Shown one piece after another: positions 49,200 to 63,441 of a stretch of 64,000 nucleotides of DNA. The first letter of the stretch is position 1, and the number at the start of each line of letters is the position of its first letter. The stretch covers positions 7,781,974 to 7,845,973 of the forward strand of contig NC_057719.1 of assembly GCF_004010195.1 (NCBI RefSeq), given 5' to 3'. The notes below the pieces were generated by a model, which was not told the DNA's origin, did not search any database, and worked only from the letters and a program-made list of their open reading frames with translations. The DNA comes from Chiloscyllium plagiosum. Lineage: Eukaryota. The position numbers were made by a program, and so were the translations under genes.

Positions 49200-50105
49200 A
49201 ACAGGAGCAGAATTAGGCCATTTTAACCTTTAAACCTGCTGTGCCATTCAGTGCAATCATGGTTGATCTGTGTGTGTTTTGAAATCCACATTCTCATCCA
49301 CCCCCAAAGACTTTTGATTTCATTTCCTAACCAGTGTATCAACCTCTTCCTTAAAAGTACTGAGAGTGTTCACCTCCAGAGAGTTTCAAAGTTGTACAAA
49401 CCTCTAAGAACATATTTCCTCGTGTTTTTGTCATAAAACGGCGCTACCTAATTTTAAATGCTGTTCTTTAGTTCTGCACAAGATGAAACATCCTCTCCAC
49501 CTCCATCTTTCCGAGATCTTTCAGGATCTTGTACACTTCAGTCAAGTCACTGCTGGCTTTTCTAAACTTTAATGGAAGCAATCCCAGTCTGACCAACCTA
49601 TTCTCCTACGACAACTCTCTTATTCCAGGTATCAAACTTCCTCTCAACTGCCTTCAATGCATTTATATTCTTCCATAAACAAGGAGACCAAAACTGCACA
49701 CTGTATTTGAGGTGTGGTCTCAACAATGCCATGTATAGCAGAATATAATATCCACACTTTTATGTTCAATTCCTCTCATAAAGTGGCTAATGAAAAGCTA
49801 TTCTTTTATTAATTTCTTCCTATACCTGCATGCTAATTAGTGACTCATGCATTAGAACACCCAGATCATTCTGTATGTCAGAATTCTGCTGTTATATGAT
49901 TGAGTCTCATTGTTTTTTATTCTTCCCACCAAAGTGAACATCTTCACATTTTGCACATTATAACTCCATCTGTCGCTCACAACCTGCCTATATCTGTCTG
50001 CAAGATCTTTCTAAAATCTTCACAATATACGGCCTACCTATCTTTGTGTAATCTGTAAATTTAGTGACCATGTTTTGTCTGTTCATATTTAAGTCATTGA
50101 TATTA
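49200..50105 (-). mobile_element. Old CR1 3' fragment
   Basis: Degenerate RPHLKYSVQFWSP-like segment and CR1 3' UTR on minus. Confidence 0.7.
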
Positions 50106-51076
50106 TAATAACTCAGGAAACCCATCTGGAAAGGATCATGCAAACCCCAAAATAGAGCCACTTTTCATGGTGTACACAGACTAGTCCCAGGCCGGGACGG
50201 GAAGTTCTGTAGACCCATCTGCTTTTTTTTCCCCTTCTTGGATTCAGAAGTGCTGTTATACAGCTGAACGCTTTTTGCTATCAACAAATCGTGGTGGTAT
50301 TTTTTCACCTCTACTAATCACCGCCAGTAAATTACCTGTGTTTCCAGTTGCTGAGTCTGCTTTTTTTTTGTTTTTATATTTGCGATTTGCTACCACACAA
50401 AATTAAATGGTTTTTTTTATGGTTCATGCGCAGGAAAACTCAGATCCCTGTGCAGTGCAGTTTTCTTTGGAAGCTCGCTCTATTTAAATACTTGTCTGCC
50501 TTCGGATTCTTTGTATAAATGTGTATGATCTCACACTTTCCTAGCAAGTGCTGTGTAAGTACTTAAGTTACTCTGCTAGAGTAGGAGATTACAGAGTTTA
50601 TTATAATGCTGGAGAGGGAGGACGCATTAGAGGGGTGAAGGATAGAATTTACTTAGTTGGAGGCAAATAGCAACAGAGGTTTTATGTCACTCCTGAGTGT
50701 ATTCTATAGGCTGCCAAATACAGGGAAAGATACCTTTATCCATGCAAACCACTCTTCCCCGCTCTAATCCTCCTCCGCCTTCTTTCTCCAATTGCCCACC
50801 CTCTTCCCTTGGCTTTCCCAATCTTCTTTCTCCAGCTTTCTTTTCTCATCCCTTTGCCCACTCCACTTTCTCCCCATAGTTTTCCTGTCCTTTGTTACCA
50901 TACTGATACTAAAGGGGGTAGTGTTAGAGGGTGTAGCAAAGGTTCGTGGCAAAGTTGCTGCAATAGTGGACTTTAGTTATGTGGATAGATTAGAGGATCT
51001 GGGACTGCTATCCTTAGAGAGGAGTTGGCTGAGAAGAGATTTGATTAAGTTGCTCATATCCATGAGGAACCATTAT

Positions 51077-52050
51077 AGAGTCATAGAGATGTACAGCATG
51101 GAACCAGACCCTTCGGTCCAACTCATCCATGCCGACCAGATAACCCAACCCAATTTAGTCCCACCTGCCAGCATCTGGCACATATCCCTCTAAATCCTTC
51201 CTATTGATATACCCATCCAGATGCCTTTTAAATGTTGCAATTGTACTCGCCTCCACCACTTCTTGTGGCAACTCATTCCATACATGTACTACCCTCTATG
51301 TGAAGAAGTTGCCCCTTAGGTCTCTTTTATATCTTTCCCCTCTCACCCTAAACCTATGCCCTCTAGTTCTGGACTCCCCCACCCCAGGGTAAAGACTTTG
51401 TCTATATACCCTATCCATGCCCCTCTTGATTTTATAAATCTCTATAAGGTCACCCCTTAGCCTCCGATGCTCCAGGGAAAACAACCCCAGCCTGTCCAAC
51501 CTATCCCTATAATTCAAATCCTCCAACCCTGGCAACATCCTCGTAAATCTTTTCTGAACCCTTTCAAGTTTCACAACATCTTTCCGATAGGAAGGAGACC
51601 AGAATTGTATGCAATATTCCAACAGTGGCCTAACCAATGTCCTGTACAACCGCACCATGACCTCCCAACTCCTGTACTCAATACTCTGACCAATAAAGGA
51701 AAGCATACCAAATGCCTTCTTCACTATCCTATCTACCTGCGACTCTACTTTCAAGGAGCTATGAACCTACACTCCAAGGTCTTTTTTTTTCAGCAACACT
51801 CCTGAGGACCTTACCATTAAGTGTATAAGTCCTGCTCAGATTTGCTTTCCCAAAATGCAACACCTCCCATTTATCTAAATTTAAGTCCATCTGCCACTTC
51901 TCAGCCCATTGGCCCATCTGATCAAGATCCCGTTGTAATCTGAGGTAACCACCTTCGCTGTCCGCTACACCTCCAATTTTGGTGTCATCAGCAAACCTAC
52001 TAACTATATCTCTTATGCTCACATCCAAGTCATTTATATAAATGATGAAA
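51077..52050 (-). mobile_element. 5'-truncated CR1 LINE
   Basis: FADDTKIGG, LYRTLVRPLLEYC, RGNFFT; (ctctatga) tail. Confidence 0.93.
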
Positions 52051-54015
52051 AACTTTCCATTGGCAGAAAGATGGCCGATGCATGGACTTAAAGTGAATAA
52101 TGAGTGTTAAGATCTGGAACACAGTGCCTAGCAGCTCTGATCAGTGGTGGCTTTGAAAAGATTGGAAGAGGAGAAAAAGTCACAGTGCAATGGGGAAAAG
52201 GCAGTGGAGTGGGAAAACCAGATTACCTTAGCACAGAGCCAGCAGCAACACAATAGGCCAACAGGTCTCCTGTGTTTTCGCAGTTCCATGACTTTGTGAT
52301 CTATGTAGCTCTCTGCTACCATCTTGTGAGAGTACTGTGGTATCACACTTAAGGAGCAGGTAAGCATTTTATGCTGTTAATTTCTAGATAAATTCTCCAT
52401 AAGAATGTTCAGCACCCTGAGCAGGTTAATGATGTAGTGTTGAAAGCTGATCATATGGGAGATATAAAACAATTATATATCTCCAGTATTGCTGTTCAGA
52501 AGAATGCATCAGTGAGTGAGGTGATGTATTTTAGAATTAGGTTTATTGTCACGTGTACTCAAGTCACAAAAGAACAGGAGTACAGTGAAAAGTGTATAAT
52601 GTTGCCGAACACATGGCATCATCTTAGGTACAAAGTAGCAAAGTGCAAATCTCTGGTACAATAAATAAAAATAACAAAGAAAAAAGTTATAGTGCATTAC
52701 AGATATGCATAGTATAAGTTAGGAAAATAAGAAATAAAGCTAAAAAGATATTCTAGTCTTTCTATGATGGCTTCCACGTGGTCTGATCAGGCTCCACTGG
52801 TTACCAGCTAGTAGTCATCTTTGCTCCAGGCCCGCTGGCCTCCATCTCTGCTCTGCTCTGCTCTGTTCCTGCTCCTCTCCGTCTCGGCTTGGCTCTGCTC
52901 CGGTCCGGGTTCGCTGACCTCTGTCCCTGAGCCACTCCGTCCCTGCTGATCTCCGTCCCCGTTGATCTCCATCCTGCTTCGCTTTGGGCACGCTGAGTGA
53001 AGAGGAAAAGATCAGAAGAGAAAAATGTGCGCAATAGAGAAAAAATATAAGGACAGCGAACCCGGACCGGAGCAGATCTGGCTGGTGCGTTCTATTTTAC
53101 CATCTTGGAATCATTCATTTATCTTATTTATAGGAAAGACTGACTTGTGTTTATATAGGATGTGTCACCTGAAAGGAATTGATGATAAACGGGGTCCTAG
53201 GGAATTAGAATTGCTGATGAGTAACTGTCTCACTTCTGTATCTCTGCATTTGTACGCTGATTATGTATTTTAGTCAATATATTTCTCTTCTACTTTCCAC
53301 CAATTCCTCTACAGAGATTTTCCATCTTCTTAAGTTACTCTGCTAAATCTTATTCCGGTATTAACTGTAATTGCACGCTTCACGAAATGCCAAATCAGAC
53401 TATACAGTAATTAGCAGAACCCAAAAAGTTCCCCCTTTCCAGTTTACTGAGGTGTCATGATTGATTGTTATTTGTTGAATCCGATACAGTATACAATCTA
53501 TACTTTGCTTCAAGCACCGTTAGGAAATCAGCACCAAAGCAATCCTTAGAGTTCCATATTCACCCATCCATTTTTGCTCTTGGACTGTCTATTTCATTTC
53601 TTGGATATTGAAACCTTAATGACAGAATTGCACCTTCTCTCTTGAGGTTGCAATCAGCAGTGGTCAAAACTTACTATCCTTTTGTTGCTACTAATTTTTA
53701 ATTGATAATTGACCATCCTTTGCAGCTGATGGCTTATTCATGACTAAATTAGAATCTTCTTTTTTTTTAACCCAACTGAAAACCTTCTGCACTTGAATTC
53801 AGATTCCAGCCTAACAAATAATTACAGTTAGGTGGCAGACCTCAAAACTCTTTATGTGGACTAGATATAAACTGAGGAGTGAACATTGTGTTGTAGAAGT
53901 GTCTGTACCCAGTGAGAATAATGTCTGTTGCATTTACTTTTTTAGCACTGTAATAACTGGCCTTGTGCTAGTGGTAAATGCAAACTTACTTAATGCTAAG
54001 CCCTCTCGTGCACAG

Positions 54016-54132
54016 GTTTCAGAGAGAGTTGAAAGGCGCCTGCAAGAAATTGAAAAGGAAATGAGAACGGAAAGACATTTGGCAGAACGTCGTGAAGACC
54101 AGCTTGGACACATGGCTGTACAACTGAAGGAG
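54016..54132 (+). CDS. cep128: CEP128 coding exon 7 (gene continues downstream)
   Basis: cag|VSERVERRLQEIEKEMRTERHLAERREDQLGHMAVQLKE|gtgag; 117 nt, phase 0/0. Confidence 0.93.
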
Positions 54133-54619
54133 GTGAGACATAGTCTTCACATTGGAGGTGTGAAACATTTGCTGGTTCTGCAGGAAAGGTAGTCATCTGT
54201 TCCAGTTGTTTTGGTTTCTGAACAAACTTGAGAGTCTTTCGGCAAGGCAACATGAAAGGGTTCACTGGCAATGATCATGATTTTGAAAGCTATTACATGA
54301 AGTCCAACATTTCTACTTCAAAGGAGAATAGTGAATTAAGTTACTAAGCAGTGTTATTAAAGGAAATAGTGTGGGAGAATATTTTGACTTTAGGCTGAAG
54401 AAAGTAATAGCACTGATAAGGTGTCTGTCACATGCACCGCCTTATTTTCCCTTCTACTGCCTTCATGTACTGGGAATTTTGGTAATAAATAGGAAAGCTG
54501 CCTGCTGTCCACACCATGGTTGAACATGTCCCTTCTAAATGGGTTCCAGAAGACATTAGATTAATTTTCCCAAAAGCAAGAGATTGAGAGGTATTGACAG
54601 ATGTAGTGGAATGTTCCAA

Positions 54620-55530
54620 CCATAAGATGTAGAAGCAGAAGTTGGCAATTCAGCCCATTGAGTCTGCACTGCTTTTGATGAGTTCCTGACTGATCTGATA
54701 ATCTTCAACTTCACTTTCTTGCCCTATCTTTATAATCCTTGTTTCCCTTGCCAATTAAAAATCTGCCTTTCTCAGCCTTGAATGTATTTAATAACCCAGC
54801 ATCGACAATCTTTGCAATAAAGAATTCCACAGATTCACTATCCTCAGAGATGAAATTCCTACTCCTCTCTGTCTTAAGCATGCAATCCTTATTCTGAGAT
54901 TATGTCCTCTGGATTTAGACTCTACCACAGGGCAAACCAACCTCTCCTTATCTACCTTGTCAAGTCATATAAGAATCCCTCTACTAAGAATCTTGTATGT
55001 CTCAATAAGAGTGCCTCTCATGTTTCTAAATTTCAATGAGTACAGGCCCAATCTACTCAACCTTTCCCCATATGACAGTTCCTCCATATCCTGCATCATC
55101 CTTAGGAATCTGCTTTGGAATGCCTCGAATGCCAGTATTTATTTTCTCGAATAAGGGGCCCAAAATTGTACTCCAGCCTGACTGGTCCTTTGGATAGATT
55201 TGTTCTGTTTGAAATAAAGGCCAACATTCCATTTACCTTCGCTATTACATGCTTAACTTGGATTCTAGCTTTTTGTGATTCATGGATGAGCATTTCCAAT
55301 TCTTGCGTAACTTTTTGCAGTCTCTCTCCATTTTAAATAATAAGCCAATCCTCTATGCTTCCTTCCTTCACATTTTCCCACGTTATTTTTCAACTGCCAA
55401 GTTTTTTCCCACTCACTTAACCTGATCATATCCCTCTGCAGACTCTCATTTTTGGCATCCTTACCACCTATTTTTGGGTTGTCCACAAACTTAACTCGTA
55501 CATTAACTTTCCTCATCTATGTCATTGATG
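54620..55530 (-). mobile_element. Old CR1 3' fragment
   Basis: KFVDNPKIGG, LSEWEKTWQ, VNGMLAFI motifs. Confidence 0.78.
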
Positions 55531-56568
55531 TATATTGCGAATAATACTGCTTCCTTGGTAGCTGAAGTTAAATATCGTTTTTTAAAATGATTACTTTTTA
55601 TTTTCCATTATGTCTATTTTCTTTTGCTATGTGTAATGTTCCCTTTATATCATGTTACATATTGAAAATGGAGACCCTATTGGTATGGCAGTATAGTGAT
55701 AAATATTAATAACGTGCACTTTTAATGAAGAAGATAAGTGTGCCCATTTATATAGTGATTTTTCAAGGCTGAATACCACCCCAGAGCTGTTAAATTACTT
55801 TTGAGGTATAGTGACAATTGTTATGTAGACTAAGATGTATTAGTCACCTTGACTGCATTGTCTTCCCATGAACAACATTGTGATGAATTAATAGTCAATC
55901 TAAGTTGGAACTTGAATGTATTGGTTGCAAATTCTTCGCTGTCTCGTTTAGGGAAGTGTCATGAAATTTTTTTCGATTTGATTGTGGTGGTTAGGGTGTG
56001 ATCTTTGTTCAATCTCGTGTTTGTGCCAAAGCAATTGTAGAAAATTTGAACATTCACATAAATTTTGATTTTTAATTATCAGAATTTCAGTTTTAAACAA
56101 AAATTAGATACTCTTTGTTTTCTAGGCAATATATAATGAAATTTATCCCATTGGGATGTTGGACACCCTTGTAAACAACTATATTGAAAATCTAAGATTA
56201 CTGTCCAAATGTTGGTGGAAATCAGGAATATTTCTAATTGCTATCATTGTATTTGGGATGTGAATAATGTTCCAGGTGCCTAGATGGTAATAAGGTGCAA
56301 ATATGTAATATCATACTGAGGTCGCCAGTGTGCCTGGGTGTTTAGGCACATTGTCTGCTTTGAGGAGCAATGTTCCAGAAAAGATAAAACTCAATTAATC
56401 CTGGGTAAAATTGTTTAACATTTTAGCTTTGATTCTGATTTTGTCGTCAATAAAATACTGTTTTAAAAACTTGAGTAATTGTCAATCATGTGTACCCCAA
56501 CCTATGGCCCAAAAATCCTGAATTTTTCACCTGGCTCCTGTTAGACTTGAGAATTGGTTTAGTAGGGG

Positions 56569-56790
56569 TGAGAAAGTGAGGACTGCAGATGTTAGAGATA
56601 AGACTCGAAACGTGTGGCGCTGGAAAAGCACAGCAGATCAGGCAGCACCTGAGCAGCAGAACCATTGCTGTTTCGGGCATAAGCCCTTCATCAGGAATGA
56701 CATTCCTAATAAAGGGCTTATGCCCAAAATATCGATTCTCCTGTTTCACGGCTGCTGCCTGACCAGCTGTGCTTTTCCAGCGCCACACCT
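56569..56790. mobile_element. Palindromic Penelope-terminal-repeat mini-element
   Basis: Inverted arms centred near 56700 with decayed hammerhead cores. Confidence 0.82.
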
Positions 56791-59042
56791 TTTGAATCGG
56801 TTTATTGGGAGCAATCTAGAGAATCCTTTCTTTTTTTACAGTTGCTCTTTTCTGATTTAAACTATAATGAACAACTAAGTTGCATAAGCTCTATCTCTAG
56901 ATGGCTTAAAAAGCAGGCATTTGCAGAATGGTCAAGTGAAATGTCTCCCAGACATCTTTATTGTGACGGGGAGTGCCGAGTTTTAACAAATGTTCATTTC
57001 AGATGCAATTCAGCATCTATAGTATTTGGCTATTGTATTAATCTGAAATGATCTCTGAGCCTGGAGCAGAACGGGGATTATTTTGTTGTATGTTCAGCAG
57101 GAAACTGCTGCTTCTGGCTTTCTGTTTCTGAGCAGAGTATACTCCCTAAACACTAAGAGAAAGGTGGCTACCACCTTAGCATATACCTGTGACTCTTCAC
57201 ACTTTGAGTTTTCACTTTCCTGAGAGCCATGATGCCTCTGAGCTTTTGTCTTTTCGCTTCAGATAATTGCATTTTCAAAGCTTGATTTTATAGCTGTGTT
57301 TCTTCTCTATTTATTTCCTGCCTGTTGTTTACTTTTTGCTGCTTTTACCATTTGCCCTGAGTATCCTTCTTAATGAACTTGAACAATTCCCCACCTTCCC
57401 TTCACATATTGAACCTGATCTGGGACTGGAGCTTCTCCATGTCAACCGTCTGCCAGTCAAAGCGTACTTTATTGCAGCCAGGGGCTTCCTTTGTGGACAC
57501 TGCAATATGAAAGCTGCAAATGTCGAGTGTGACTGGTATTATCTGCCAGTGTGTAGGTGGTGACCATCTTTGCCTTGTGCACTGGTGGCCATCTATGACT
57601 GTTATGGTGGGAGCCACCTTTGCCAGCCATCTTGGCTTTTGTAGCGTATACTGCGGTCAGAAATAGATAGCCTGAATCATCAGTTCCGGGGTGAATTCAG
57701 GACCATGGCCAGCAATCATATAGTAGCAGACATTATTGGCAGTTCCCAAGAACCGACATGGACTTTAACACTCAAAATAGACCTTCTACAGTTTGTGAAG
57801 CTTTCTGGTCTCAAACTTGACTTTCACATGACTGTATGGTATGCCAATGAACAAAACTGCATTAATGCCTCCACCCAACTGGTGCACTGAAATTAACTTC
57901 ACTATCCTTCCCTGGGTTTTGTTACTTGTACGGCTTGTGTTTTCATGATAAACCAGCAATTTTAATCATCTTTTTGTTCTGTAGTATCAGTCTGCGACTG
58001 ATTAGATTAATGAATTTCACTTTGATGTGGGATTTGAGTTCAGAGTCAAATTCCATTCCCATTAAAATTAATAAAACAAAAATTATCTAATATGGACAAA
58101 GCTTCAGATATTTGGCTGAAAGATTTAGCGTTTGCAATTTTTTCTGCAATGGAACAAAGTAAATCTATTCAAACTGGAGAGTTTGTCTCAGAGCTTGGGT
58201 AGGTGGATAGGTTTAAAGCTAGTTATTGCCTGCTTTCCTGCATTCAAATTTCTTATTGTGTCTTGTCTTTTTTGCTCCTTTGGAATTTCTCTAGCAGGCT
58301 GAATTCCCAAGCCAATATGCTATTATGAGCTCCATTTAAATCAGCTGGATCTTTACTGTTCTGACCTGTGAGATGAATTCATGCTCTAGGAAGCTGACTG
58401 CAGCACAGATGTCTGCACGCGTGGATGTGCATGTATGAGTGAGAGATTTGCTCATACATTTTTTGAAGTTGTACAGATTTTGTGGGACCAATGATGGTTT
58501 ATGATCTACTTAATGGTGTTATGCCACAAATTACTCTGTGCATGCACCCAAACTGTTTCTGGCCATTTTTGAAGTCCGCAAGCCTCTTGATATTCAACAC
58601 AAATGGCACATGTGATTGAAAATGAAACTGATCTTGAAATTTTTCTTTAAGCATGCCATAAGGTTAAAATGAACAAAGGACAGGGGAGGGGGGAAGTGGG
58701 TCTCATCAACATTTAAAGCTATGACTCATTACATGGATAGAAAACAAGGTCAGCCAGTTTGAGAAAAGATGTAAAGAGTAAAACATTACTATTAACTCTT
58801 CAATCCATATTTCTGTAAGCATTATTACAATTGCTAACATCTTGCACTTAATAGTACCATTGATACCAGGAAATTGTTCAACCTTTTCTGGGAAGGAATG
58901 ATTAGAGATTGAGGGTTGGAGGAGGATGGATTGTGACAGTATCTAAAGGGAATAGGTTTTGATGAGATTGAAGGATTTAAGAGCAGGAAGTAAGAGGGAA
59001 GTTGTGTTATTATGGTCATGTCACTGGACTAGTAATCCAGAA

Positions 59043-59182
59043 GAGGCAAAAGTGAGGACTGCAGTTGCTGTCAATCAGAATCTAGATTAGAGTGGTGCTG
59101 AAAAAGCACAGCAGGTCAGGCAGCATCTGAGGAGCAGGAAAATCGATGTTTTGGGCAAACCTCAGGAATCTAGAGTTCTTCT
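59043..59182 (-). mobile_element. Penelope-terminal-repeat fragment inserted in an old SINE-like repeat
   Basis: 14-bp TSD ctagtaatccagaa at 59029-59042 and 59183-59196. Confidence 0.78.
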
Positions 59183-60429
59183 CTAGTAATCCAGAATGCC
59201 AGGCTAATGTTCGGTGGTTCAAACCCCACTATATAGGTGATGGAATTTGAACTCAATTTGGAAAAATAAAGTTTGGGATAAAAAGCTAGCCATGTGGTGA
59301 CCATGTCTGTTATTTTAAAACCCATACGATGGAAATCTGCCATCCTTACTTGCTTTGGCCTGTGTGACTCCAGATCCACAGCAATATGGATTGACTCTTA
59401 AGTTCTCTGGGCAATAAATGCTGGCCCAGTCAGTGACCCCAATACCTGATGAATGAATTTAAAACAAGGCTGAGGCATTTAGTGTCAGTCTTTGTTCAAT
59501 TTCACCGCTGACACAGAAGGTTACAGGTTCAGCTCACACTTCGGGGAGGTGCAACTGTGTGATCAAGACTGACACCCCAGTTTAGTATTAAGGCAATGCT
59601 ACACTGTCTTAGGTTTTGGGTGAAATATCAAACTGAACCTGATTTACCTTCTCAAGGAAAGGCCAGTACTTCTGCCGTACTGTTGGAAGAAAAGCAAAGG
59701 AATTATGTTCCATCTTCTAATGAATATCATTCCAACAGAGAACTCAGTTGTTAACTCGTTGCTGTAAATGGAAAGTTAATGTATATAAATTGGCTGCTAT
59801 GTTTCCTGTGTAAGAGAAATTAAAAATATACTTTTTTGACTGTAGACCATTTTGAGATGACCCTAAGTCATGAAATCTGCAGTACAAATGCAAACCTTTA
59901 TTTTTCTTTTGTGGTGAGGGTTCTGACACAGCCAAAATAGCTCAAAAATGGAGCAAATAGAATAGTGAAATGCAAAAAATGCCGAGAATTGAATGTGGTG
60001 AAAGGAAAAGGACTGAATGATGATGTAGGGACAGGCATCTTGAGGCTATAAATCAGAAGGTTTCTCAAAAATTGATGTGCACATGGACACTGAGCTGGTA
60101 AATGTTGGAAAGGACCTGAGCTTATAAGGGAATGGAATGTGATCTGAGATAGGATAGAGATCTTGAATTTGAAGAAGTGTTCTGAAGAAGAGGCATTTCT
60201 GACATGAAATGATAGCTCTTTTTCTCTCTCCACAGATGCTGCCTGACTGCTGAGTTTCTCCAGCATTTTCTTGTTGTTTCATCTTTCCAGCACCTACAGT
60301 ATTTTGCTTTAATTTGATGGAATTTTCAATGGTTTCCAGTTGGTGAAGGGTGAACTTTAGGAGTCTCCAAACATGCTGCAGGACTGATGACAACACATAT
60401 TTAAACACTTTGCAAGGTGTAACTGTTCA

Positions 60430-61095
60430 ATGAGACCTGGGTGTCCTCATGTAGTTGCTGAAAGTAAGTGCGAGGTGTAGTAGGCAGTAAAGAAAGTAAA
60501 CTATATGTTAGCATTCATAACAAGAGGATTTGATTACAGGTACGACGGTTACACAGGACTTTGATGAGGCCACATCTTGAATATTATGTGCAGCTTTGGT
60601 TGCCTTATCTGAGCAAGGGATGCTCTTGCTATAAAGGGAGTGCAGGCAAAGGATTACCAAACAATTTCTGGGTAGCAGGACTGATGTATGAGGAAAAATT
60701 GATTCAGTTAAGATTCTGTTCACTTGAACTTTGAAGAATAAGAGGGGATCTCCTAGAAACCTATAAAATTCTCGCAGGGCTAGACAGATTAGATGCAGGA
60801 AGGATGTTCCTGATGGTGGGGATCATCGTTTAAGGGTAAAGGGTAAACCTTTTAGAATGGAAATGAGGAGAAATTTGTTCACCCAGAGTGTGGTGAGCCT
60901 GTGGAATTTAATACCACAGAAAGTGGTTGAGGCCAAACATTGTGTTTTCAAAAAAGGAGGTAGATACAACTCTTAGGACGTAAGGGATCAAGGGACATGG
61001 AGAGGGTGTGATTAGGATATTGAGTGTGATGATCAGCCATGATCATCATGAATGGTAGAGCAGGCTCAAGAGGTCAAAAGGCCCACTCCTGCTCC
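60430..61095 (+). mobile_element. Old CR1 3' fragment
   Basis: RPHLEYYVQLW and RRNLFTQSVV; tail ctatgtttctatgt. Confidence 0.8.
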
Positions 61096-62354
61096 TATCT
61101 TCTATGTTTCTATGTCTCGAGGGGCTTTTAAGAATGAGACCAGCATTGTAAACATGGAGGTTTTCATGAATTCAGTGATTGTTTAGGCATTACTTTGGGG
61201 GTAGGGGAGGGAAACAGACCTTAGTAACCCATCCTCTGGTGGAGCACAGAATCACTGACAGAAACCTATGCATTTCAACATAATTCTATCCGTGTGTGAA
61301 CTCCTGAAGTTGTTGGTCAGTTTTGGTGGAGTAATAATGGCAAATTCTGACAGTTTGTCTTATTATCTTCAGAATCCAGTCCATAATTTTATATTCCCTT
61401 TTGATTCAAATATGTTTCCTTCTCTTAACTTTGAAAGCTCTGTCTGTTGCTGGAGTGTCTGTTTTATGAGAATTGGCAACCTTGTCTCTGTAAGCAGAAA
61501 ATAAACAATGCTTCAGTCAAATCAAGAAAGTTTATAACGTCCAGTAAAGCCATTTTTGGTCTGTGTCCATGGGGCCAACACAGAAATGGTAAATCATGTC
61601 AGTATAGGCAGGCTGTTGAGCTTGAATCTCTCATTGTCCTTAACAACATCTGCATGTGCACTTTGCAGTAGGAGCTGACTGTGCAAGTTGGCTTAACGTC
61701 TCGATTTCTTCAATCCCCTTCCCTCAACCCTTTCCTCTGTAAAAACTGTCTTTTTTTCATTTTTCTGTATTTTCAATTGAGTTCTAAAATGGGAAAAGGT
61801 CTGTTTTAAAAACCGATTAAAGAAGATTTACTACACTTTTAAAAAGCAAGTTACTTGATGCTCATCGTAAGTGCTGTTTACGCGGCTGTTTGTTCAAGCA
61901 GCAGGCCAGGTTGTGTTAGATGGAGCCAGAGGTGTGCATGATGGGAGATTTGGCCAGCAACGAGCAACTGATTGTTCTATAGAATGGAGACCAGTTGTCT
62001 ATGATAAAGGCCTTCTGCCTGTCAACAACTATATGATTGGCTCCCAGGTAGCTGAACAGTTTGAGGATGTTTGAGAAGAAGCCATCGGAGCTCTGGAAGT
62101 GAATCTGCTGTCCTTCTTTCTGCAGTGAAGAAATACCTCGATTCTGAAGAAAGTAACTTTATTTTCCCTTAGTTGCTGTAAGCTGTTAATTTTAATCAGA
62201 AATTTTAAGTAGTGACTCTGTGCCTCCTGCAAGTAAGTAAAAAGTACCTGGAGAAGGAAAATTGAGGAACAGCAGGTCTTGGCTGGCCAAAAGGATCATC
62301 TTAGCAAACCCTGGGGTCAGGCACAGTTGACCTGCCTTGCCAGTCCATAACGCC

Positions 62355-62359
<5 letters not shown>

Positions 62360-62390
<31 letters not shown>
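62360..62390. repeat. (GT)n microsatellite
   Basis: About 15 GT units. Confidence 0.95.
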
Positions 62391-62395
<5 letters not shown>

Positions 62396-63201
62396 CACAC
62401 AGGATTTTTGTAAGCAGGGTTAGAGTTTTAACTAGTGGAATTTAATATCAGTGTTTCATAATTGTGTACCTGTAGCTGGAATCCAATTACTTGTAGTAAA
62501 TAGCAATCGTTAAGTACAGAAACCTGATCCATTTTTTCAGTTAACCTGGTTCAAAGGAACATAAATTTGGAAATTTGTGTACTTTTATAAGTTCTTTAAT
62601 TTTGTGATTCATGCAGAGTAGTGAAAACTTAATTTCCAGTATGGTCCCCCATGAGGGTGGAATCTCAACCTTGTTGAATCTGTGCTAAGTGTCATACTTC
62701 AGCCGTTTGCTAGCCTGAGTGTTGAAATTAAATGTTTTTCAGGAGTGGAATTTGGACCTAGGTGTTCAATGTGCCTCAATTTTTTTTTACAACGTAGAAC
62801 ACATTAATCAAATGGCAAAATTGTCTGTTTTTGCACTTTGTTTTGCTGTGATTGTGTGTGTAACACTCTCCCCTCTGACCCAAACACTGCTGGTGTTGAG
62901 TCTTACTTTGTCTCCAAACCGAATGCAATGTGGAGGTAGTTGTTGCATTGCCTGAGGCCTCTCTTACAACTGAGACTGTAAACTGAAGCATCTCCAATTC
63001 TTAGGTAGATGTGGGAAACTCAGGGGCACAACATCAAAAATGAAAAGGGAGTATCCAGGCCACTATTTAACCCACAACCAGCATCTTAAAATAAATGATT
63101 ATCTGTTTGTTTATTTCATTGCTGTTTGTGGGACTTTGCTGTGTGCAAATCGACTTGCATTTTCCAACAGTGTGACTGTGACTAGGCTTCAATAGTATTT
63201 A

Positions 63202-63441
63202 CTGGATCAGTGGTGCTGGAAGAGCACAGCAATTCAGGCAGCATCCGAGGACAGGCAAAATCGACGTTTCGGGCAAAAGCCCTTCATCAGGAATAAAAGG
63301 AAAGGCTTTTATTCCTGATGAAGGGCTTTTGCCCGAAACGTCGATTTTGCCTGTCCTCGGATGCTGCCTGAATTGCTGTGCTCTTCCAGCACCACTGATC
63401 CAGAATCTGGTTTCCAGCATCTGCAGTCATTGTTTTTACCC
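63202..63441. mobile_element. Young palindromic Penelope-terminal-repeat mini-element with hammerhead cores on both strands
   Basis: Perfect 98-bp inverted arms at 63202-63299 and 63306-63403; 15-bp TSD cttcaatagtattta at 63187-63201 and 63442-63456. Confidence 0.9.

Noticed and set aside
52800..53100. GC-richer ORF 52801-53034
   Set aside because: Low complexity, no recognisable domain, and adjacent to a LINE-tail-like sequence at ~52530; probably a repeat fragment
63202..63441. DNA-transposon MITE or pre-miRNA
   Set aside because: The inverted arms are not terminal on both sides, TSD lengths vary, and the sequence matches the terminal repeat attached to GIY-YIG Penelope fragments
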